The notes under the pieces: generated by a model
The model's database searches: none
The model's input: only the letters and a program-made list of their open reading frames with translations
Told to the model about the DNA's origin: nothing
Translations under genes and position numbers: made by a program
Origin: an uncultured Pseudomonadota bacterium
GTDB lineage: Bacteria > Pseudomonadota > Alphaproteobacteria > UBA3830
Length of the DNA: 59,976 nt
Assembly (NCBI GenBank): GCA_902796155.1
Contig: CADBNZ010000051.1
Location: 1 to 59,976, forward strand
Direction: 5' to 3'
In this document: in pieces, positions 20,143-28,210 of the stretch
Layout: every line of letters begins with the position of its first letter
Position numbering within the stretch: the stretch's first letter is position 1

Positions 20143-20558
20143 CGAAATCGGATAGTCGCTGTGCTAAGGTCGTGCAATAATCATCACCTTTCGCAGAGGA
20201 AAGTCCGGACTCCTCGGAGGATAGTGCCGGATAACGTCCGGCGGCGCGCATGTGCTGCATAGCACCTCTTTTCTCTATTAGTGTGTGTGTGCATATGAGC
20301 GTTAGGGAAAGTGCAACAGAAAATATACCGCCGTTTTGGCAAGGGTGAAATGGAGAGGTAAGAGCTCCCCGCGATCTTGGCGACAAGATCGGCATTGCAA
20401 ACCCCACTTGGAGCAAGATCAAATTGGAACAGCATAAAATGACCTCTGCATGAGACTGTTCGTGGTAGATCGCTGGATGTTTACAGCAATGTAGACACAA
20501 GATGAATGACTATCGAAATGCACTTTTGCATTTTACAGAATCCGGCTTATAGATTTCG
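20143..20558 (+). ncRNA. rnpB: RNase P RNA (type A)
   Basis: GAGGAAAGTCCGGACTCC, GAAAGTGCAACAGAAA, AAGGGTGAAA, GCAAACCCCAC, ACAGAATCCGGCTTAT; P1 pairing CGAAATC/GATTTCG. Confidence 0.97.
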
Positions 20559-20587
20559 TAAAAATATTTTTCAAAAAATTAAAATTT

Positions 20588-20602
20588 TTAACCTATTTTT
20601 AA
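20588..20602. promoter_or_regulatory. Candidate CtrA box upstream of the secreted hypothetical gene
   Basis: TTAA-CCTATTT-TTAA about 47 nt upstream of ATG 20649; AT-rich context makes a chance match possible. Confidence 0.4.
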
Positions 20603-20648
20603 TAATTATTGTCTACAATTTGCTTATTGTTAATAAATAGGAGTGATT

Positions 20649-21770
20649 ATGAGAAAATTTACAGCGTGCGTTCTTTCTGCAGGCATATTAATGCTTACAG
20701 GGGTAGGTGATGTTGAGGGTTTATTTGGCAAAAAGACAGCAAATACAGACAGCGTGTCGTTCAGTATATTCGGAGGTGATACAACTAACCTTATAACTGC
20801 AGCAAATAATTTGAAAATCGGCTTAACAGACGGGAAAAAAGCCATAAACGTTGCTATCATCGATATGAAGAAGCAAACAATAGATCTAAAAACTTTTGAC
20901 AAAACTGCTACAGTTATGCCAATAGTATTTATTTCCGAACGCTTGGCAAACGTCGGTACTTTTTTTGAAACTCTGGCTTCTTTGTTGGATAAAGAAATCA
21001 CAGGCTTAAAGTCAATTAATAGCGCAAAAAGTTTAGGAAATGCAAATGAAGTTTCAGGTCGTCAAGCAATAAGACTTTCTAGAAAAGTTATGAAGATTTT
21101 GGAAGCAGATTTGGCATCAATACGCGCTAACATCGCTTTGATACACAAACTACTTAAAGGGGAGAAAGAAAAGCGAGTCAGCAATGCCGGAGCCATAAAA
21201 AATATTCTTGCAAAGTTGCAGACGAATTTCAAAAACGCAAAAAGGAATATTACAGCTTTAGTTGCAACGTATGTAGATGAGAGTGAAAAAATAGCTAGCA
21301 GTGCAAAAGATAAAGAGATGCAAAAACTGTTTAGAGATAGCATAATTTATATTACGGCAGCGAGGGATGCTATAGATTTGAGTGTTACACTCGTGGATCG
21401 TGTAATAACTTACGCAGAAACAGGAGATTGCTCTGATTTGGAAGAATTCTCCCGTGAGTGCGAGGAGCTTCTGGCAACAGGAGATGCAACTTTACGGAGC
21501 CAAATAGACAGGTATGATGAGGTTGACAGATTAGAACGAACAAATAGAGGAAATGTCAACAGAAGAAAGGAAGAATTGGAGTCTAATTCAACTTTCAGAA
21601 GTGAAAGAGGAAGAAGAGCATACGAAAATAGTGTAGAAAGAGAGGATTTTGAGTCAGTTGCTCCAGCTTCAAGACAATTAAAGCATTCACAGAGCTCTGG
21701 TAGTATATCCAATTATCGCTCGAATAATAATCGGAAATACAGGGATTCAAGAGCTGATGATGAAGATTAA
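20649..21770 (+). CDS. Hypothetical secreted alpha-helical/coiled-coil protein
   Basis: Long ORF, GGAG SD, signal peptide MRKFTACVLSAGILMLTG, downstream terminator. Confidence 0.75.
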   Translation: MRKFTACVLSAGILMLTGVGDVEGLFGKKTANTDSVSFSIFGGDTTNLITAANNLKIGLTDGKKAINVAIIDMKKQTIDLKTFDKTATVMPIVFISERLANVGTFFETLASLLDKEITGLKSINSAKSLGNANEVSGRQAIRLSRKVMKILEADLASIRANIALIHKLLKGEKEKRVSNAGAIKNILAKLQTNFKNAKRNITALVATYVDESEKIASSAKDKEMQKLFRDSIIYITAARDAIDLSVTLVDRVITYAETGDCSDLEEFSRECEELLATGDATLRSQIDRYDEVDRLERTNRGNVNRRKEELESNSTFRSERGRRAYENSVEREDFESVAPASRQLKHSQSSGSISNYRSNNNRKYRDSRADDED

Positions 21771-21799
21771 TTATTTGGTATCCTAAAAGAAATACCGCA

Positions 21800-21837
21800 A
21801 AAGCAGCCATTTTACCTAAGTGTAAGGTGGCTGCTTT
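21800..21837 (+). terminator. Intrinsic terminator hairpin
   Basis: AAAGCAGCCATTTTAC / GTAAGGTGGCTGCTTT. Confidence 0.7.
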
Positions 21838-21890
21838 GTTACAGACACCGCAGTCGTCATTTATGGAAAAGCCCTCCTGCCTATCCATCA

Positions 21891-21919
21891 CGTCATTCTG
21901 AGCAAAGCGAAGAATCCAG
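21891..21919. repeat. CGTC-tagged palindromic repeat, single unit
   Basis: CGTCATTCTGAGCAAAGCGAAGAATCCAG, one mismatch from the 2804 and 4280 copies. Confidence 0.85.
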
Positions 21920-22063
21920 AAGCAATAGCCGCCGTTTTTCCCACATATAAGGCGGCTGTTCCTCCCATAACATCCATTCATCATATACCGACGTTTCTAA
22001 GATCATATCTCCAAAGAATACATCTAAAACTAAACTATTTTATTGAATCCCTTTAAGCGTCCA

Positions 22064-22993
22064 TTACACTCCCGCCATTTGTTTGCGGATTGGATAGAAG
22101 CTGTCAACGATTCCGAGTAATGCGACCAATGTCATAATATGCAGTGGGAAAATAATGACGAGAGCCGTTATAAATAAAGGAGCGCGGCGCATTTTTCGCT
22201 TCTTTATTATGAAACCTATCACTGAAAATCCGCCTAAAGCTGGAGCGAATAGTCCTACAACGAATAATCCGCAAAATACATAAGCGAGAGACGGTAGCAT
22301 TTTCGACAAAGTCAGAGCTACAAGTGGCATAACCGCAAGCCAATTGGATATGGTTATGTTAATCATATCAAAAGATATTCTTATGTTGGTTTTAAATTTT
22401 CTACCTAACGCATAAGCTATATGCAAATTTAAGATGGTCGCGAGCATATTATAAAACGTCGCTATTCCTTCATAATATTTGATAACAGAACGCAAATTTT
22501 GTCCTGCTCCGCTTATATAGAAGTTCGCATTTTCGCTGAATATGATTTTTACGGCTTCTTCATATATTTTTGTTATAGACTCTTCTGTTCGCAATGTAAA
22601 AGACATAATTATCATCACGAAAGAGAATAAAATTACGAAATTATTCAGCAAAAATGATTCCGGATACCACCATTTTTTGCGATTTTTTACGATATTTCTT
22701 AACGCAAGGTGACCAACCATCGATGAAGGCAAAATTATATTAAGAAAAACGTCTATACTGATCTCAATAGGCACAAAGGCGAACGGAATAATTGTTGCAA
22801 TAAACGCGGAAATAAAACCACTCTTCTGTCCATATGAAAGATAAGAGAAGAAAATCGGAACGCCACTCAAAAAAAGCAAAAGTCCGAAAGCAAAATGTAC
22901 GTTGAAAATACACCAAAGGGCGCATCCCACTCCAAGCAGAACTGCGCCCCTATATTCTCTTAACATATATAAAGGATTATGAAATTCTAACAT
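22064..22993 (-). CDS. DUF2232/YybS-like integral membrane protein
   Basis: Multi-TM protein, WYPES motif, C-terminal LLGIVDSFYPIRK; directly downstream of rpsR. Confidence 0.72.
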   Translation of the reverse strand: MLEFHNPLYMLREYRGAVLLGVGCALWCIFNVHFAFGLLLFLSGVPIFFSYLSYGQKSGFISAFIATIIPFAFVPIEISIDVFLNIILPSSMVGHLALRNIVKNRKKWWYPESFLLNNFVILFSFVMIIMSFTLRTEESITKIYEEAVKIIFSENANFYISGAGQNLRSVIKYYEGIATFYNMLATILNLHIAYALGRKFKTNIRISFDMINITISNWLAVMPLVALTLSKMLPSLAYVFCGLFVVGLFAPALGGFSVIGFIIKKRKMRRAPLFITALVIIFPLHIMTLVALLGIVDSFYPIRKQMAGV

Positions 22994-23004
22994 GAACCTA
23001 TTAA

Positions 23005-23295
23005 TTAGTCGGCCACATAAGGCAGAAGAGCCAAATATCTTGCGCGCTTTATTGCGATCGCAAGCTTTCTCTGGCCTCTTGATGAGACAGAAGAGATTCT
23101 GCGAGGCAATATCTTACCTCTTTCAGATGTAAATTTTTGAAGAGCGCGAGAATCCTTGTAATCTACTGTGACAGCACCACTTTCAATCGGACATTCTTTT
23201 CTTTTGTATGCAGTTTGTCTCTTCCAAGAAGGATTGGTATTCTTAGCGTCTCTGTTATTCGCTTTATTATTCTTTTCGCTATTGTTATTTTCCAT
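23005..23295 (-). CDS. rpsR: 30S ribosomal protein S18
   Basis: [28 protein letters not shown]. Confidence 0.97.
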   Translation of the reverse strand: MENNNSEKNNKANNRDAKNTNPSWKRQTAYKRKECPIESGAVTVDYKDSRALQKFTSERGKILPRRISSVSSRGQRKLAIAIKRARYLALLPYVAD

Positions 23296-23301
23296 AAGAT
23301 C

Positions 23302-23739
23302 TTACTCCGCTGCAGCAACGTTAACTTTTTCTGCCTGATCGATATTATCTTCCGCAGAACTTTTGAACGAACGATAGCCTTTATCTTTAGCCACACCACC
23401 GAATTCATCAACAAAAGTCTTCATCTGAGTAATCAAGTTATCTCTATCGTCGAACTTCTCAACTCTTACAATCAGAAAACGAATTATGTCTTCGTTGATT
23501 TTCATTGTGCGATCCAACTCAGCAATTACATCAGCAGAAGCCTTTATCTGCATTATGTAGTAATGCCCCTTGTGGTTCTTTTTGATAGGATATGCAAGCG
23601 TACGAAAACCGCAATACTCACTGCGAGCAACATCGCCTTTATTTTGAGAGATAAACAGCCCAAGACTGACTCCTAGAGCCTCTATTTGCTGCTGAGAAAG
23701 ATCCTGACGACCTATAAAAATACATTCATAAAGATTCAT
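23302..23739 (-). CDS. rpsF: 30S ribosomal protein S6
   Basis: MNLYECIFI, GFRTLAYPIKKNHKGHY, INEDIIRFL. Confidence 0.97.
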   Translation of the reverse strand: MNLYECIFIGRQDLSQQQIEALGVSLGLFISQNKGDVARSEYCGFRTLAYPIKKNHKGHYYIMQIKASADVIAELDRTMKINEDIIRFLIVRVEKFDDRDNLITQMKTFVDEFGGVAKDKGYRSFKSSAEDNIDQAEKVNVAAAE

Positions 23740-23780
23740 GCTTAACCAAACACCTATCTAAAATAACTTAACTTATTAAC

Positions 23781-23925
23781 TAATATACCAATACCTAGTA
23801 TCAGTATATCAACCTGGCCTGAGACCATTCGCTTCACTATTACAACACCACCAAAAGCCCTCTGTATGAAAAGGAAATAATGAAACATTACTCCAATTTA
23901 TCATATGCAAGCGAACTCAGACGCG
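23781..23925 (-). promoter_or_regulatory. Structured 5' leader of the rpsF-rpsR operon (or independent small RNA)
   Basis: Minus-strand stems GTCTGAG/CTCAGGC, TTCGCTT/AAGCGAA, GGAGTAATG/CATTATTTCC and GATATACTGATAC/GTATTGGTATATT. Confidence 0.5.
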
Positions 23926-23930
23926 CAGAA

Positions 23931-23959
23931 AATATACATTTTTTGTTGTTTATACGCAA
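23931..23959 (-). promoter_or_regulatory. Putative sigma70 promoter for the rpsF leader
   Basis: TTGCGT-N17-TATATT on the minus strand, ending just before the structured region. Confidence 0.5.
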
Positions 23960-24161
23960 GCTATTTCTGATTTATTTGGGGTAATATTGCAGCAAAATAG
24001 CGACATAAACACATAAGACCTAAAACGGCGAATAAAAGAACGAAGATTCCTAAACCTTAATATAAGACGTTTATAATTTTTTTTCTTATTTTAAAAAAAT
24101 TAACCGTTTTTAAAGAATTTTTATTTATAGTCTAATTACTGCTAAAGTAAAGAAGGAGAAT

Positions 24162-25067
24162 ATGATGAAAAAAATAGCAACCACAATAGCATTAAGCGCC
24201 TTATTTATGACAGGAGTTATGGATAATGCAGATGCTTCGATTTTCACATGGAATAATAAGGTCACAGATAATCAACTAAAAAGCAAATACTGTGAATCAT
24301 ATAAAAAACAAACTAAAGCTTTATACGATGATTTTATCAAAGCAAAAAGACTTTTTGAGAGAAAAGCGAAAGAATCCAAAGTTCAAAGCAATCAAGATGT
24401 AAAAGCAGTTATCACACTGCTTGATAAGACAGCTGCAGCTGTTAAAGATGTATATCAAGCAGAAAAAGGTACAATAATAATCGAATCGGCGAACAAAGCA
24501 ATCAATTATTATAATCAAAATCAAGGAGCATATTCATCAGCGAAAAGAATATTAGGAAATAATTTGCAACAATTTGAAGACGCCTTCAAAAACCTATCAG
24601 TTCCTCAAGCTACGGATTATACTGGCGATATATCCTCAAAAGTAGCAGAGGTTTTCAATATAATAGTTAATTTGAAGAATCAAATGACAGATCAAACAGT
24701 TCAGGCACCCGTAGCGCAGACACAGGTAGTCAGTACTCATGCTCCAGCGGTATCAGCCACAAGTTCGAGCGACTCTTCATCGAATAATGGAAACTGGATG
24801 TTCGAGAAAAAAGATACGGCAACGAACACTGCAACACCGCAAACACCGATTGCAGCGACATCTGTCAAGACAGTTACTCCTGCGACTCAGGTAGTAATAC
24901 CGCAGACCACAATTCAGCCACAAACTCCAACTGCAACAACCACTGTTAAAACTCCAGTTGTTCAGACGAATACGGCATCTGCGCCTGTTAAAGTAACAAC
25001 TCCTGCAACACCTGTAATAACTCAACCTGTTGTTCAACAACCAACAAGAGGGGCTGGAAGAAGATAA
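24162..25067 (+). CDS. Hypothetical secreted protein with Thr/Pro/Gln-rich C-terminal tail
   Basis: AAGGAG SD, signal peptide MKKIATTIALSALFMTG...ADA, TP-rich low-complexity tail. Confidence 0.8.
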   Translation: MMKKIATTIALSALFMTGVMDNADASIFTWNNKVTDNQLKSKYCESYKKQTKALYDDFIKAKRLFERKAKESKVQSNQDVKAVITLLDKTAAAVKDVYQAEKGTIIIESANKAINYYNQNQGAYSSAKRILGNNLQQFEDAFKNLSVPQATDYTGDISSKVAEVFNIIVNLKNQMTDQTVQAPVAQTQVVSTHAPAVSATSSSDSSSNNGNWMFEKKDTATNTATPQTPIAATSVKTVTPATQVVIPQTTIQPQTPTATTTVKTPVVQTNTASAPVKVTTPATPVITQPVVQQPTRGAGRR

Positions 25068-25079
25068 TTTATAACCCAA

Positions 25080-25116
25080 TGAAAAGTAGCTTCAAACAAA
25101 TAGAAGCTACTTTTCA
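25080..25116. terminator. Bidirectional intrinsic terminator
   Basis: Perfect 14-bp stem TGAAAAGTAGCTTC / GAAGCTACTTTTCA between convergent genes. Confidence 0.8.
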
Positions 25117-25152
25117 ATATAAACTATGCCTCCTTGATAAATAAGGTTCTTT

Positions 25153-25731
25153 CTACTCTATCTGTTCTAATTTGCAGTCTTTTCTTTTGAGACAGATTTT
25201 CATTTCCTTCCAAGAACCTGGAATTCTGTATCTGTGATCTCCAGGTGTCGAATATGTCACAAAAATAAATCCACCAACAGGAGACATATTATCTTTTTCA
25301 TAATGTTTACCTACTATTATTTTCTGTGATACTCGCTTTTTGGCAGCTATTTTCCATTTTAATATTACTATTTTATCTGGATAATCATTCTCATATGTAT
25401 CAATGCGATTCTTAAATTGAGAAGCAGTGTCGGATTTTATAGCTCCAAGAAGTACGGGGTCATAACAAACCACGAAATAAACCGTTACGGCTCCTTTTTC
25501 GTTCATATCTTCATCTATGGAAAATATAACTTTTTCAACTTCAACATCGCCTTCGGGCGTAAAAATGCCTTTAAAATTTAGAATACTATCATCGCCTAAA
25601 TTTTTCATGGAAGATGCAGCAGAGAGTCCCATTACTCCAGCTTCAAGCGTAGCAGCATGCAGCGCAATATTTTGATTTGCGAAGAGAATTAACGCAATAG
25701 TACACGAAATCAACCTGTTAAACATAGTCAT
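25153..25731 (-). CDS. Exported protein resembling type VI secretion TssJ/SciN
   Basis: Signal peptide; DMNEKGAVTVYFVVCYD...ASQF...DYP...W...GGFIFVTYSTPGDHR resembles the TssJ-like pattern (recalled, not searched). Confidence 0.55.
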   Translation of the reverse strand: MTMFNRLISCTIALILFANQNIALHAATLEAGVMGLSAASSMKNLGDDSILNFKGIFTPEGDVEVEKVIFSIDEDMNEKGAVTVYFVVCYDPVLLGAIKSDTASQFKNRIDTYENDYPDKIVILKWKIAAKKRVSQKIIVGKHYEKDNMSPVGGFIFVTYSTPGDHRYRIPGSWKEMKICLKRKDCKLEQIE

Positions 25732-25804
25732 CCATCACTACTAACAAAAATTAATAGCAATAAAATGTAAAAAAATAGCTAATGAAAACGCATAAAACCT
25801 TCTG

Positions 25805-26089
25805 TTAATCTTCGTTTTCTGAAAGATTTATTTCATCTTGAATCGTTGCGACATTATCTTCAAATGTTCGTATTTCTTCAGAAAATTGTCGTTCCTTCTT
25901 TCCCCTTTCTGATTCGTTTGTGATATTATCCAGAAACTCTCTTTTATTTGTCTTCATCTTTTTTAAAATCTTATCGGATTCGCTGTTAATTTTTTCTATA
26001 AGTTCCTCATCGTCTTCAGATATACAGGCAACATTCTCTATAAGAGATCCTATTGCAAAAATTATGGAACATATCAATAAATAACGCAT
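25805..26089 (-). CDS. Small hypothetical exported acidic helical protein
   Basis: GGAGG SD, signal-like N-terminus MRYLLICSIIFAIGSL. Confidence 0.7.
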   Translation of the reverse strand: MRYLLICSIIFAIGSLIENVACISEDDEELIEKINSESDKILKKMKTNKREFLDNITNESERGKKERQFSEEIRTFEDNVATIQDEINLSENED

Positions 26090-26101
26090 TAAAAACCTCC
26101 G

Positions 26102-27964
26102 TTAAAAATCTTTACTTGTTAGTGGTGCGTTCGGATCAAAGTGGAGAGGTGCCTCATTGCCAGTGCTTTCCCAAGTTGATGAACCTCTTTGAGGATTCCA
26201 TTCTGCGCCATCAAATACTGAATTGCGGTTTGTGTTGTCTATTCCATCAACAAACGATTGTTGTTTTGCATCTACTTCTGATGTCCAAGGGGTGCTTGTT
26301 CCGCTCTGAGAGGTTGTATAAGGCAAAGCTTGTCTTTGCTGAGATATTTGCGCCGAAATTCCAGCATTTTCTTGGGCGGCATTTTGCAATTGCGAAGATG
26401 ACGAAGGGGCGTTTGCCATCTGTATCGCAGATTCTTGTTGAGAATTTGTCGTTCCTGTTGTGAATTGAGGCTGATTTTCCACTATGCTTGTTTCATTTCT
26501 ATTGCTGTTTTGTGTTGATGCCTCAGGAGATGAGAACATTTGCTGCTGCTCAGTTTCATTTGTGTCAGTTTCCTCTTCAAATCGCTGTTGCATAGTATCT
26601 TGTTCTCTTATTTTGTTTGATACTTCCGCATTTTCGTCTGTTGATTGTGTTTCAAAACGGTTTTCAGTCTCGCCGTTTTCAATATCATCTGCGCGAGATT
26701 GCTCTTCTCCGACAAATTGTCCATCTGATTGCTCTGTTTGTGATGAAAATTGCTGTTCTTCCATGCCATCTTCGACGAAAGCTTGCATTTGATCTTGTTG
26801 CTGTTGCATTTGCATATCCCCAGAAGATTGCGATGTCATATCTCCTTGGTCTTGATAATCGGATGGATATCCTCTGTTAATTTATTGCTGTTGTTGACTG
26901 CTATCATATGGCTGCATTTGTTGCTGCCCGTATTGAGACATTTCCTCGTTTCCTTGTGGCATTCCTCCTTGGTTATATTGATTATCACTCATACCGTTCA
27001 TCTGATTATAAGGATTTTGCGATCCATCCTGTTGCTGAGACATTCCTTGTTGCTGTTGTTGATACATGCCCATATTCTGGTTATTTTGCTGGAAATCAGA
27101 CATATTGTTATAGCTGTTGTTCATTCCGCCATAATTATTCGTATTGCCCATGCCAGCATTGTATGTTTGACCGTCGTACATGGGCTGTCCTTCTAGATTT
27201 TGATTGTTGTTATAATACATAGGACCGTTATTGTTTGCTCCATATCCTATATTATAACCACCTAAAGCGCCACCTTGTTGTTGCATCATAATATTTGGAT
27301 CGGACATTGAGTTGTATCCAGCAGGAAGCGTTGCGTTTTGGACTCCCATTTGACCGTATAAAGGCACTTCTCCAGAAGTATTACCATCTGTTATGGGCAA
27401 TTGCGAACCATCGGAAGGAACCTCTGTAACTTGTTGTGTTGTTTCATCAACGGCTGGTTCTCCGCTAGCGTTTTCTTCCGATTGTGGTGCATCAGTAGAA
27501 GCTTCCTCCGTGTTTACTTCTTGAGTCGAGTCTTTACCTTCCTCATTTTCTTCCCCCTCTTGCTTTTCTTCTCCTTCAGACTCATTTAAATCAGTGTCTT
27601 CTTCATTTTCTTCTACTAAATCTTCTTCATTATCGAAAGAAACACCACTCAAATTCAGAGCATATATGAGATCCTCGCTAGGTTTATCTTCTAAAAAATC
27701 AAGCTGGCTTATAATACTTTGATTATCACCGAAAATTTTATCAATTTTCGCTTTTGCCGCTTCTGAGAAATAATCGTTACCATATAGAAGCTTATAAAGA
27801 TAATAACCTATATATTGCCAATGAGTTTTTATAGATAAATCATTGGAATTTTTCGGAAAAATCATGCTATTTTCTAAAGAATAATAACTATCCATCGCTG
27901 AAACTGTATAACAAAGCTGCAGCAAAATAATCAACGAGCAAATTGTCGCTTTTGTAAGCTTCAT
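26102..27964 (-). pseudogene. Large secreted low-complexity (E-rich, Q/N/Y/G/M-rich) protein interrupted by one in-frame TAA at 26884-26882
   Basis: ORFs 26882..27988 and 26102..26839 share a frame; the 42-nt gap reads INRGYPSDYQDQGD; the stop follows CAA CAA CAG CAA; signal peptide from ATG 27964. Confidence 0.65.
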
Positions 27965-28210
27965 TTCAAAAACTCTATATTTCGACAAAATCTATTGTAA
28001 TAATTACATGTTAAAAAAAGATAAATTTTGATTTTTGGAGTTAAGAAAGCTTTTCGACAACTTTTTACGTTTTTTTATTTTTTCATTAATATTATTATTT
28101 AAACAAAGAAGGATATTATCCCAAAATTGTTTTCAAACTAATCAGCACAAGGTCAGCAGGAATTAATACTTCCTCTTTTCCTAACCATACTATTAATAAC
28201 AAAAATACTG

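Noticed and set aside
20062-20500. Three short ORFs downstream of rne
   Set aside because: They overlap the RNase P RNA gene.
26882-26884. Genome-wide TAA-to-Gln recoding, as in ciliates
   Set aside because: Conserved genes here (rpsR, rpsF, grpE, ctrA, map) end at TAA at the expected position, so the standard code applies.
26750-27222. Plus-strand Leu/His/Ile-rich ORFs
   Set aside because: Antisense shadows of the Gln/Asn/Met-rich minus-strand gene.
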